NCBI RefSeq assembly: GCF_964355755.1
Contig: NC_092672.1
Location: 10,788,001 to 10,852,000 of the forward strand
Reading direction: 5' to 3'
Origin: Antedon mediterranea
Lineage: Eukaryota > Animalia > Echinodermata
DNA: 64,000 bases
The notes under the pieces are model-generated. The model searched no databases and was not told the DNA's origin. It worked only from the letters and a program-made list of their open reading frames with translations. Made by a program: the position numbers and the translations under genes. How positions within the stretch are numbered: position 1 is the first letter of the stretch; each line of letters opens with the position of its first letter. Shown piece after piece: positions 50,743 to 64,000 of this stretch.

Positions 50743-53700
50743 ACGTTTACACTGCATTTGTGTTGACGCTGATTAATACAAATGAATGAACCACCATCAC
50801 CGATATAGCAACTAAATCTACTTTATTTCTTGTGCTTATATATTTCAAAACATTTTGAACTCAATCTGGTTGTTATAATACCATGCGTTGCTTTCTTCAC
50901 TTAGCAAAAGGCATTGTGAAGTCAGCTTATAATTTCTTACACTTTACTTATTCAGTATAATAAAAATAATTATATTTTTAATTAAACTTGCTTTTCTCAT
51001 GTTAATTTGAAATATATGAAATACATATTAAAATGTGCATCTAACAATGAAAATACAAATAACAAAAACTATATTAGATATTTTGAATATTATAATATGA
51101 TGTTTTAGATCAAAGATAGGATATTGTCTCCAAAAACCATGAAAAATGAAGATTAATAAAATCGGACTTTAAATAGGCCATTTTGTAGTTTTAATACATT
51201 TAATCAGTTCCATAGAAAAAAAGACGAAAAAGGTTTTTACTTATAAAAAAATCAAGACAAAACGGTTATATTTTTTGCTTTGAATTACAGTTTTTTTCAG
51301 GTAAATATTCTTTCAATCCAATTTTAGGTCAAAGTTAATAACTATTATAGTTTATATTTGTTATATCTTGTTTCCGTCATGTTCTTATGTTCCCTACAAT
51401 GTTCATTATATCTGAACTTGGGATTCTCATTACGCACGTTCACATAAGATGTTATCGTTGCTTTCGTAACGTTTCATTTTTTTTTAAACAATAATAATAA
51501 ATTTTATATGATATCTACGCCTATAATATTTAGATAGATTTCAATATAAAATATTTAAGTACGTAATTAATATCGATATTTATAATCAATTAATTAAATC
51601 TTTAAAATACCTAATTATATTACAATTGGACCTACCATTTATGGCTGATCGTAAATAATATAATTACGGGGAGCAAAGTATGCACTATCATTCGTGGCTT
51701 TCTTCACTTAGCAAAAGACATTGTGAAGTCAGCTTATATTGATAATTACGGGGAGCAAAGTATGCACTATCATTCGTTGCTTTCTTCACTTAGCAAAAGG
51801 CATTGTGACATCAGCTTATAATTTCTTACACTTTACTTATTCAGTATAATAAAAATAATTATATTTTTAATTAAACTTGCTTTTCTCATGTTAATTTGAA
51901 ATATATGAAATACATATTAAAATGTGCATCTAACAATGAAAATACAAATAACAAAAACTATATTAGATATTTTAAATATTATAATATGATGTTTTAGATC
52001 AAAGATAGGATATTGTCTCCAAAAACCATGAAAAATGAAGATTAATAAAATCGGACTTTAAATAGGCCATTTTGTAGTTTTAATACATTTAATCAGTTCC
52101 ATAGAAAAAAAGACGAAAAAGGTTTTTACTTATAAAAAAATCAAGACAAAATAAACGGTTATATTTTTTGCTTTGAATTACAGTTTTTTTCAGGTAAATA
52201 TTCTTTCAATCCAATTTTAGGTCAAAGTTAATAACTATTATAGTTTATATTTGTTATATCTTGTTTCCGTTCTTATGTTCCCTACAATGTTCATTATATC
52301 TGAACTTGGGATTCTCATTACGCACGTTCACATAAGATGTTATCGTTGCTTTCGTAACGTTTCATTTTTTTTTAAACAATAATAATACATTTTATATGAT
52401 ATCTACGCCTATAATATTTAGATCGATTTCAATATAAAATATTTAAGTACGTAATTAATATCGATATTTATAATCAATTAATTAAATCTTTAAAATACCT
52501 AATTATATTACAATTGGACCTACCATTTATGGCTGATCGTAAATAATATAATTACGGGGAGCAAAGTATGCACTATCATTCGTGGCTTTCTTCACTTAGC
52601 AAAAGACATTGTGAAGTCAGCTTATATTGATATTTACGGGGAGCAAAGTATGCACTATCCTTCCTTGGTTTCTTCACTTAGCAAAAGGCATTGTGAAGTC
52701 AGCTTATACTTTCTTACACTTTACTTATTCAGTATAATAAAAATAATTATATTTTTAATTAAACTTGCTTTTCTCATTTTATTTTGAAATATATACAATA
52801 CATATTAAAATGTGAATCTAACAATGAAAATACAAATAACAAAAACTATATTCAATATTTTAAATATAATATGCTGTTTTAGATCAAAGATGTATTGTCC
52901 CCAAAACCCATCAAAATGAATAATAATAAAATCGGACTTTAAATAGGCCATTTTGTAGTTTTAATAAAGTTAATCACTTCCATAGAAAAAAATGTTTTTA
53001 CTTATAAAAAGACAAAATAAACGGTTAAATTTTTTGCCTTAAATTACAGATTTTTCAGTTAAATATTTTTTTCAATCCAATTTTTGGAGTGATTAACTAT
53101 TATGGAACATTAAAATAGCATATTCAACAACAAAAATTGAAGATTTTAGGAGGACAATGTTATTTTCAATCAAAATACATAATTTCTATTACCTATCTCT
53201 AAATAGTTAGAACTGATAATTTTAATTTTTTTGTTTAAATAGTAGAAATAGCAATAAAAACATTGTACACTTTAAAGCAATTAGATAAACACCATGTAAA
53301 CAAATGATAACGTTTCTTTTTCTACTTGTTTAGATACCTTGTTTCCGTCTTCTTATGTTCCCTACAATATTCATTGTATCTGAACTTGATCTGGGATTCT
53401 ATAAAACGTTCCTTTTTTTAAATTGTTTAACAATAACATTTTTTATAAGTCTAGGCCTAAGCCTATATTACATTTAGATGTTTTCAATCTTCAAAGTACG
53501 TATTCTATTAAAATCTGTTTATCACCTATATTTAAATTGATTTCAATTTTAAATATTTAAGTAATTGATATCGATATTTACAATCGATTAATTAAGTTTT
53601 TAAAATACAAATCTATTAAAATTAGACCTACCATCTATGGTTGATCGTTAAATAATTAATATGGATACAGGGTGTTACAATCATTAAAATATGCCTTATA

Positions 53701-56228
53701 TTAAAATTACCATCAATTAGTGATGGTTTTTTAATGACAATCATTACAAAAGACATGCTTTCAATGCTTTAAATTAAAAGTGATAATGACGAATCTATTA
53801 TACTAAATTCAATATACTAATTCTATCAATCTCAGTAATAGCTAAAAACTCTAAAAAACGTAATTTTTTAAATAACATCGAACAATGGAAAATACAAATA
53901 TGCTGCATTGCTGTATACAAGCGTTGAACCATGGTAAAACTAATTAATGTGCTACAAGGTAAAAAAGAAGTAGAGCAATTTGCTCGTCGAGAAGGTTCCG
54001 TGTGCCCATTTTGAGTAGGCCTACAGTATGTCAACCTGGCAATATACGTTGACAAAACAATTTACTTTACTCAACACACCTACTAGGCCTCAAAATAGTA
54101 TAATAACTAAAAACTCTGATGTAATTTTAAAAATAAAATTGAACAATTGAAAATACAAATATGCTGCATTGCTATATACAAGCGTTGAACCAGGGAGTTG
54201 TAAACAACTCCCTGGTTGAACCATGCTAACTAATAATGCTACAAGGTAAATTAAAAAAATGTAGAGCTCGTCCAGAAGGTTCCGTGTGCTCATTTTGAGT
54301 AGGCCTACGGTATGTCAACCATGGCAATATACGTTGACAAAACGTACTTAACACACCTACTTTACTAGGTATTAAAATAATCTAATCATGTTAACTTACA
54401 ATAAAAATAGGTTAGTGTGTTTAATCCAAGCTTAAACTTAACATCAGAAATATAAAACAATAATAATTAGTACATAATATGTGAAACTTCTATTGTATTA
54501 TACTTGTTTTCCACATGAAAATGGGGTCTTCCTGGTAAAGTCTGACGTTGGAGTATACCATATTCCTGAAATGTCTACAATTATACTTTTGATTGGACTA
54601 GTTGGCAGTCACAAAGTATAATCAGTGACTTAGGGGTCCTTCTGGTTGTGACATTGTGCTAAATGTCTACAAAGTATCAAAATCCACCAACTAAGTTTAC
54701 AGTTTGTCAACAAAATAATGTTTTTCCACATTACGCGTAAAACTACATTATTCGGGGAAGGTTTATCAAAATGCCCCAGGAAATAGATAGAAAGTGCATG
54801 GTAGTTGTGTGATTTGCTGTCACGCATGTAAACAAGTTTAAAAGATAACGGTAGACTGCTGAGTTGATGAGTATGATTAAAGTCGCTGACCAAATATAAT
54901 ATCGTCTATAATCCTCCTCCAGCCTATCTCTGAACCAATCGCCATCAAAATAACTGGACACCAGCAACATAAATCGGCAAAAACTATGAACTCTAACTTT
55001 GTTGTGATTCTGATTATTTCTTCTTCTTTTTAAACTTTGATAGCAATTGAATTACCAAAGATGATAATCCAATTAATAACAATACAGTACTCGTGAATCT
55101 TCTTTTTTAAATAAATCATCACACGAAAAACGATCAATTGAAGGCTCGCAGACATCGATTTCACTAAAAAGGCAACAAAGACTGAATAGGTCTGAATATC
55201 TGTAAAAGAGTCATATACATACAATTCAGTATTTTGTTGTAAACTTTGACATGTTAAGGTACGTTGACACAACTATGGCATTAATGGCAGTTTGAGACTA
55301 AAATTGACAATATGCTGGATACTTAGTCAATCTAAAAGGTTATTAGTATGACGGTTTGGAGATAAAAAATTTAATTATTGGCTTTGAGCAATTATTTAGC
55401 TTAACCAAAACTATGTTAATAAATGCCAACCCAGGCTTGCAGTTCAGAACTGAAAGACGACTAAGGAGGTACGGACAGAATATTCTGTGCAGTTACACAA
55501 AGTGATAAAAACTGTAAAATGGACAGTATACTAGATAACAAAAATGATTAATGTTGCTTAGAAAATAATGCCTTCTTAGATATCAGTGCATATTAAATTG
55601 ATTTGATAATAATGTTAAATTGTATTGGATTTTACAATTTACATTCGATATATAAATACCAGTAAATTACCATAGAAAAATACCTACAAATGAAACACTA
55701 ATGAATTTCGTTTAAGAGAGTAACTTATTCTAAATTTGCTTACAATTGTTTTAAGTTTTTCAGTTCTTCAAACATCTTGTATCCGTGAACTTGCAGCTTG
55801 TTGTCTTTTATGTTTCTGCAGAATATAATGCATTAACATAAATGGCAACTTAATAAAACATTTAAAAAGAAGATTGAAAATTATTAAAAACTCCACAAGC
55901 TTTATATGATTGGCAAATTAACAGTTTATTATTATTATATAAACATTTCATTACTTACAAATATTGAAGTGATAACGTAAATGAAGAAAAGGCAGATTGA
56001 TCAATGGTACTGATATAATTGTTCTGTAATTCCCTACGTAACACAAAACGGAGAATTGTTAATTATAATAAATTTTTACTTTGGAAGATGTGTATGACCT
56101 CTACCTTCCAACGTTTGACAACCTGGTCCAAAACATAATTAGGTTTTTAATAGATTGATACGAAAATTGTAAATTGCAGAACTACGGTAATCCAAAGGAA
56201 TTGCACTTTTATATGAAATCAAATTTTA
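50743..56228 (+). repeat. Segmental duplication copy B (paralog of 18437-23034), with an internal ~890-bp tandem duplication
   Basis: Colinear similarity to copy A; the unit beginning cgttgctttcttcacttagc..cttacactttacttattcag restarts at about 50885, 51775 and 52665. Confidence 0.88.
54835..55300 (-). pseudogene. Decayed LGR/GRL101-like GPCR fragment (TM5-TM7), copy B
   Basis: Minus strand: TYSVFVAFLVKSMSASLQLIVFRVMIY (TM5-like), EIIRITTKLEFIVFADLCCWCPVILMAIGSEIG (TM6, D..CW.P), a frameshift, then YIWSATLIILINSAVYRYL (TM7, INSA.NP.LY-like). Confidence 0.68.
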
Positions 56229-57884
56229 TAAGATTTTAGGACCAGCACACTATAGTTCGGGTGGTAGAGCTAAGAAAATATTGAAAACAGAGCTGCTAAG
56301 TCCCCAGAAATTGCACTTATTATACTTCGAAATATGAAACGATAGAAATTCTCTAGTACTAGCCTTACCATGGTTGGGTCTGAGCTAAAAAGAGCTGTTA
56401 GGTCCATGGAAATTGCACTTAGAACTATACTTGGAAAAAGCGAACCTTTTTTGATTTTTATATTTTGTATTATTGATATTTAAGTTTATGTTGACAAATC
56501 AACAAATACATTGACTTTCATATAAAACGAAAAGCTTATTTTAATTAGGAGAAACATTTCAAAATTAATCTCTCTTGAATTATTCAATTATTGCTTGTAT
56601 AAAATGCTTATTTGCTACCATACAAATATTACAGAACAAATAATCTGTAGTAGTAGTGTTCATCTTTCAACCAATATTATGTTCGGTAATTATTTTTTAA
56701 GTACCGTAAGTACTTACAGCTTCAACGATAGCATATCAACAAATGTTTTTTGCTGTCAATGTAAACAACAAACAAAATGTTCGTTAATGCTTCTCTTTCC
56801 ATATAAACTTTTTTATTGTATTAAAGTCGCAATAATAATTATTATAACTCCTGAGGACGATCAACGTATATTGATCGAAATTGTGTGTACCGCAAACTTG
56901 ATATCAATAAATAAAATCAATCAAATAATTTTTTTAATAATTGTTAAAAGTGAAGCATTTAAAAACATTCAATAATACAAATGCAAACAATGTTTTTGGT
57001 ACAGTATCCTGTAATCGTCAATCACTATCAATATTTGAAAATAAAACAATTCTTACAGTTTTATCAATGATGTTAAATCAGCAAATACGTTGACTGGCAA
57101 TGTACTTATTTGGTTTTTGTATAACCACCTTAAAAGTAAAAACAAGGCAGAGTAAGTATATTAATACAAGTCAACTTACATATCCCCATAAATGTATTGG
57201 TATACGTTTATGTAAGATGGTAGTCTGGATATTAAAATCTGAGTTATAATATTGTATGGCCTAGTTGGTAAAATACACTAACAATAACAATATTTATAAG
57301 TATTTGAGAACTTGCATGTTGTCTCCCTATATAACTTCATAATTAGGGTTGTCTCTGCTTACAAGATTTCTCAAAAATAGAGACTCCCTATGCTTATATA
57401 ACGAACTTTTCAGAAGTTCGTGCTGGGGTCGTTGTTGAACCGAACGTAATGGTAAAAGGTCGGATAGAAAAGAGCCGAATGATGAAAGAACCGAACGAAT
57501 TAATGGTAAAAGGGCGAAATAGAAAAGCACTGAATGAAAGGAGCCGAATATAATGGTAAAAGGGCCCTGTGGAAAAGTGCCGAATTATAAACATCGAGGT
57601 GAATTATTGAAATGTTCATAGTCGATTCTATATTTTGTTATGTCGACATTTCGACATAGTAACATCTTGATAATATTTCGACTTACTATCTAAATTTCAA
57701 TTTACTATGGTGAAATTTCGACTTACTATTATATACAACAATCCAAGAGATACTATATGCAACGAATATCAGTTCTTTTGATCTTCGATTCGCCTCTTGG
57801 TGAATTCATTGTTATGTAAATTACGTGTTCGCTTGGAGACCGCGTCGCGGTATAAACAGTTTGCCAGATGTAGTTCGTAATTTT

Positions 57885-58320
57885 GTAACGTTTAAACAAA
57901 TTAATAATTTGTTTAAACGGATTATTAATCTGTTTGAACAAATTATTAATTTGTTTAAACGGATTACTAATTCGTTTGAACGAATTAGTAATCCGTTTAA
58001 ACAAATTATTAATTCGTTTAAAAAAATTAGTAATCCGTTTAAACAAATTAGTGATTCGTTTGAACGAATTAGTAATTCGTTTGAACAAATTAGTAATCCG
58101 TTTAAACAAATTAGTAATTCTTTTGAACGGATTAGTAATCCGTTTAAACGAATTACAACATATACTTTAAATGGCACTTGTTGTATATGTTGCAATTCGT
58201 TTGAACGGATTACTAATTCTTTGAACAGATTATTAATCCGTTCAAACGAATTACTAATTCGTTAGAACGGATTACGTTCGAAAAACATATACTTCAAATG
58301 GCATTAATGGGCTTTCGTAA
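57885..58320. repeat. 21-bp tandem repeat block (ttagtaatccgtttaaacaaa), probably subterminal repeats of a DNA transposon remnant
   Basis: About 15 copies with palindromic gtttaaac cores, partly inverted near 58240; absent from the paralogous segment at ~38590-38650. It generates the repetitive ORFs at 57753-58265. Confidence 0.8.
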
Positions 58321-58974
58321 AAAGACGCTCTAGTGTAATTGATGAATTCTATTATGATAGAATAACTACTTTTCTGTGTTTTGATGCACAATTTATGTTC
58401 AAAAAGTAATTTTTAATATGTGATTAAGTATGATTATTTATTCTATAGTTTTCGCTGAATACATTTCTAAAATTGTATCACATTTGGAATAAAAAAAGCT
58501 CTATCGTATTTATGACATTGTGTCACTTACTTCGTTTTATTATTAGCTAAATAATTATGTAAATGTTGTTCTAGATGTATTTATTTTTTATTTGAAAAAG
58601 AAATACACCCTGTATTTACTCTAATCAATATTCTTAGTGTAGGTCCAATGTCGTCGCATTACCTTTTTTAACCAGGGGTTAATCACAAGATTAACGTGCA
58701 TTCATCGGCGTAATTTCGCTGGATTCATTTCTTCATGTATCACTGAAGTTGAGCAAAAAGTACAACTGCGCAAGCGCATATTCGCAGAGTTACCGATGAC
58801 CAATGAGTATTGCCGATGACTCAGCAAAATGCTTGCATAACAAAGATGCACATGTAAAAACTGTCGGCAAGTGCGACACAAATTATTACCAATCTCTATT
58901 AATTTTTGTCTCATCTACTATAACGGCTTACTATTTCTAAATAATATTTATACTTAAGTGCAATGATTAGGCTT

Positions 58975-61900
58975 TCGTAAAGCAATTCTCACAGATATTG
59001 CAATGATGTTAAACCAGCAAATGCATTAGCTGACAATGTACTTATTTGATTTCTTGACAAAGACCTTTAATAGTAAAAACAATACAGAGTAAATATAAAT
59101 GAACATGTCAACTTACATTTTCATATACTGTAAATTTATTCTTACGTCTATGTTCGTTGGTAGTGAATATTCAATAAAAATACACTACAGAGTATGAATA
59201 TTCATAAGTCATTGTAATGTAATCAGCGTTATAATTAATTTCAATAATTTCAGGATTGCCTGATTAGTAACATATTTCATTTTAGGAATGTCGTGAATAA
59301 TAATTATTTTGCAGGTAGCGCAATTCGAAACATTATACAATATAAGTTCACACAATGTTTCAGATTTGTTTGTAATCATAAATATTTTACAAGTAGGTTA
59401 ACATAAACAATCCTTACAGTATGTTCAATGATGTTAAATCAGCAAATACGTTTTCTGGCAATGTTCTTATTTGGTTTCCGTTCAAAGACCTTAAAAGTAA
59501 AAACAATAAGTACATTAATACATGTCAACTTACATTTTCTTATACATGTATTCTTTTTGTTTTGACTTGATTAGTAACAAGGAAAGTAGGGAATATTAAA
59601 TATTTTGTCAATAAATTGTTTAAAAGTTTTCAAAAAGTGGAGCATTTAGAAACATTAAACATTAGTGCATTCCATGCAATGTGTTCAATGACTTTAAACA
59701 GCAAATAAATTGGCTGACAATGTACTTAAATGTTTTTCGTACATATATCATGTTCGTTGGTAGTATAAATAATTCAATAATAATACACTACAAAGTATCG
59801 TAATCAGCGTTATAATTGTATGTTTTTTTTTATGTATAGGTTGGCAAATAATTGTTTTTCTATAAATTAATTTGTTATTTCTATGTTCCCCGGTAGACTG
59901 AATATTCATAAATTATTATAAATAAACAATGAAATTAACTTCACTAGAATTACAGTTAAAGACATACCACTGTCTGTAGATGACTCGACAATCACAGAAT
60001 CCCTTCGTATGGTTGTAAACCCAATATTAAACCACAGGACAACTTACTAATTGTTGTAATAGAGATAGAATCTTTTTTTTCACTGCCATTCCAAGAAACA
60101 TTAAAGCAAAGATTTGTTTTTATATTAAAGATGTATTGTCCCTTTGACTAATTCCCAAAATTTTTTTTTTATATTTCGAAAAAAATTGAGTCATTTTGAA
60201 GTATTATAATAGTTATTAACTTTCACCCAAAATTAGTTGAAAAAAAAATAATTTAACCGAAATACGGACGTTTTTTTGTTTAAAAACTAACTTTGACTTC
60301 CAGTCAAAGTTTTCGATCAAAACATATCTCATAATGCAACGCGCTTGTTTGGCTACTCTGTATGCATAATCATAAAACTTCCTCGCGATCTGTGTGAAAA
60401 CACCTTCTCAACCGCGACGAGTTGTAAACAATCCTAATTAGCATCATGCATAATGCATACTCGTCGCTTGAAATCTTTGTTTACTCGTGACGATTTTCAA
60501 GACGAAATGTAATCAAATTAATTTACCTGTTAATTACGTAAACTTGTTGTTTTTGCCTCAAATTTTCGACTTAAAGTGAATAACTTTAATATTACTTTGA
60601 TATGGCCAATTTAAATGTAGAATATTTTGACCTTCATTTTTTGTGTTTCAATGTACAATACATCTTTAATTGACAAGAAAATAAAACAAAATATATTTCT
60701 CTTTTGGAAGTAATTTCCAGGGTGCTAATTTTAGTTGAGTCACATGTTTTGAATATAAAACAATTCTTACAGTAGTAAACTATTTTACTGTGTTGAAGTC
60801 TTTGTTTTGTTATAATCACCAATATAAATAATGTATAGGCCTAAGTATTTGAAAATAAAACAATGCTTACAGTTTTTTCAATAATGTTAAATCAGCAAAT
60901 ACGTTGTCTGGCAATGTACTTATTTGGTTTTCGTACAACCACCTTAAAAGTAAAAAAAATGCCGAGTAAGTACATTAACATGTCAACTTACATTTTCTTA
61001 TAAATGTATTCTTATGTCTATGTTTGTTGGTAGTGAATATTCAATAAAAATACTCTACGGAGTATCTTAGTCTGAATATTCCTAAATTATTATAATGTAA
61101 TCAGCGTTATAATTAATTTCAATAATTTAAGCATTGCCTGATTAGTAAAATATTTCATTTTAGGAAAGTCGTGAATAATATTTATTTTGTCAATATATTT
61201 TGAATAGTTTTCAAAAAGTAGCGTAATTCGAAACATTCTACAATATAAGCGCACACAATGTTTCTCATTTTTTGTAATCATAAATATTTTACAAGTAGGT
61301 TAACATAAAACAATTCTCACAGTGTGTTCAATGATGTTAAACCAGCAAATACGTTGTCTGGCAATGTACTTATTTGGTTTTGGCGCAAAGACCTTGAAAG
61401 TAAAAACAATGCAGAGTAAGTATACATTAATACATGTCAACTTACATTTTCATATAAATGTATTCTTATGTCTATGTTCGTTGGTAGTCTGAATATTCAA
61501 TAAAAATACACTACGGAGTATCTTAGTCTGAATATTCCTAAATTATTATAATGTAATCAGCGTTATAATTAATTTCAATAATTTAAGCATTGCCTGATTA
61601 GTAAAATATTTCATTTTAGGAAAGTCGTGAATAATATTTATTTTGTCAATATATTTTGAATAGTTTTCAAAAAGTAGCGTAATTCGAAACATTCTACAGT
61701 ATAAGTGCACACAATGTTTCTCATTTTTTGTAATCATAAATATTTTACAAGTAGGTTAACATAAAACAATTCTTACAGTTTGTTCAATGATGTTAAATCA
61801 GCAAATACGTTGTCTGGCAATGTACTTATTTGGTTATTGTACAACCACCTTAACAGTAAAAACAATGCAGAGTAAGTACATTAACATGTCAACTTACATT

Positions 61901-64000
61901 TTCCTATAAATGTATTCTTATGTCTATGTTCGTTGGTAGTCTGAATATTCAATAAAAATACTCTACGGAGTATCTTAGTCTGAATATTCATAAATTATTA
62001 TAATGTAATCAGCGTTATAATTAATTTCAATAATTTAAGCATTGCCTGATTAGTAAAATATTTCATTTTAGGAAAGTCGTGAATAATATTTATTTTGTCA
62101 ATATATTTTGAATAGTTTTCAAAAAGTAGCGTAATTCGAAACATTCTACAATATAAGTGCACACAATGTTTATCATTTTTTGTAATCATAAATATTTTAC
62201 AAGTAGGTTAACATAAAACAATTCTCACAGTGTGTTCAATGATGTTAAACCAGCAAATACGTTTTCTGGCAATGTTCTTATTTGGTTTCCGTACAAATAC
62301 CTTAAAAGTAAAAACAATGCAGAGTAAACATTGATACATGTCAAATTACATTTTCCTATAAATGTATTCTTATGTCTATGTTTGTTGGTAGTCTGAATAT
62401 TCGATAAAAATACACTACACTACAGAGTATTTTAGTCTGAATATTCATAAATTATTATAATGTAAACAGCGTTATAATTAATTTCAATAAATTCAGGATT
62501 GTCTGATTAGTAAAATATTTCATTTTAGGAAAGTCGTGAATAGCAATTATTTTGTCAATATATTTTGAATAGTTTTCAAAAAGTAGCGTAATTCGAAACA
62601 TTCTACAATATAAGTGCACACAATGTTTCTCATTTTTTGTAATCATAAATATTTTACAAGTAGGTTAACATAAAACAATTCTTACAGTTCGTTCAATGAT
62701 GTTAAATTAGCAAATACGTTGTCTGGCAATGTACTTATTTGGTTTTTGTGCAAAGCCCTTGAAAGTAAAAACAATGCAGAGTACGTACATTAACATGTCG
62801 ACTTACATTACATTCTTATGTACAATATATGTTCGTTGGTAGTGAATATTTAATAAAAATACACTACAGACTTAGTCTGAATATTCATAAATTTTTATAA
62901 TGTAATCAGCGTTAAAATTAATTTCACTAATTTCAGCCTGGCCTGTTAGTAACATATTTCATTTTAGGAAAATCGTGAATAATAATTATTTTGCAAGTAG
63001 CGCAATTCGAAACATTGTACAATATAATTTATATATGATTATATATGATTACTGCATGCCTTGGTTTATGACTGAATCTGGTTCTTTTGGCATTTAAAAA
63101 AATTTTAACGGTTTTTAATGATTTGATTTACTGTGTACTTGTATTTACAATATTGTTGTTAGAGTCTGTTGAATTTTTACTTTGTCGGTTGTTTGCAGAA
63201 TTATTCAGCCGGTGGCTGCCTTCTGTTTGTACTATTTATGTGTTTTTTATGAATAAATACCTACATACTTACTTACTATAACTGCACACAATGTTTCAGA
63301 TTTGTTTGTAATCATAAATATTTTACAAGTAGGTTAACATAAAACAATTCTCACAGTATGTTCAATGATGTTAAGCCAGCAAATACGTTGTCTGGCAATG
63401 TACTTATTTGGTTTTCGTACAAATACCTTAAAAGTAAAAACAATGCAGAGTAAGTACATTAACATGTCAACTTACATTGCATTCGTATGTCATATTCGTT
63501 GGTAGTCTGAATATTCAATAAAAATACACTACAGAGTAGTAGTAAACAGTGGTTATTGTGTAAATTGTATCTTTAGACAAGATGCTTTACTGACATTGCC
63601 TCGTCTTTCGGATGGAACGTAAAGGCGTTGGTCCCGTGTACATAATAGTGCACGATAAAGAACTTTTCGAAAAGAGTAAGGGGATCTTCTCCCGGTGTTT
63701 TTATCTTGTAAGATACGTAGCAATAAAGTGAAAAATTAAAGAGCAAAATTCCACAATAAAAATGCATACAATGTCTCCGCTAATTTCAAAAGAAATTAAA
63801 CAATTCTTACAGTTTTTTCAATGATCTTAAATCAGAAAATACGTTTTCTGGCAATGTTCTTATTTGGTTTCCGTCCAAAGTCCTTAAAAGTAAAAACAAT
63901 GCAGGGTAAGTACATTAACATGTCAACTTACATTTTCTTATAAATGTATTCTTTTTGTTTTGACTTGATTAGTAACAAGGAAAGTAGGGAATATTAAATA
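58975..64000. repeat. Second array of the ~455-bp satellite (continues past the window end)
   Basis: Monomer period 452-457 bp (61090, 61546, 61998, 62455); it carries the same embedded MITE, ORF1 fragment and SINE as the first array. Confidence 0.92.
60125..60669. mobile_element. Copy of the ~550-bp TTAA MITE
   Basis: TTAA|agatgtattgtccc...tacaatacatct|TTAA with the same flanks as the 37218 copy. Confidence 0.85.

Noticed and set aside
57753-58265. Four overlapping 78-146 aa ORFs with LRR- or coiled-coil-like periodicity
   Set aside because: They are products of a 21-bp tandem repeat that is open in several frames on both strands.
26492-62646. Multi-copy ~63-aa ORFs (MITKNDKHCVHLYCRM.., MVITTKHRLQ.., MNIQTKIL..) as a small-peptide gene family
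   Set aside because: They are chance ORFs in satellite monomers, disrupted in many sister monomers, with no domain signature.

Overview
AT-rich, intron-containing metazoan (invertebrate-like) genomic DNA, not prokaryotic. The first 17 kb hold two convergent genes. On + are the last 14 coding exons of an HPS3 (BLOC-2 subunit) orthologue (233-10336). On - is a complete 4-exon SPCS1/SPC12 signal peptidase subunit gene (16934-11744, 105 aa), which the ORF track misses entirely. From about 18 kb to 64 kb the sequence is repeat-dominated. It contains a ~455-bp satellite with a 2401-bp higher-order unit, a local inversion, captured LINE/SINE/MITE fragments, and a ~5-kb block duplicated ~32-33 kb apart that carries a decayed GRL101/LGR-type GPCR segment. 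It also holds TTAA-flanked (Kolobok-like) non-autonomous transposons, one of them with a visible empty site, and a P-superfamily-like element with a 7-bp TSD. The most notable observations are (i) several 21-32-bp palindromes flanked by 7-bp duplications that look like P-element excision footprints and (ii) a CRISPR-like-looking tandem array of hairpins best explained as stacked Helentron-type termini. I see no convincing novel protein-coding system; most ORF-track entries after 17 kb are repeat artefacts.
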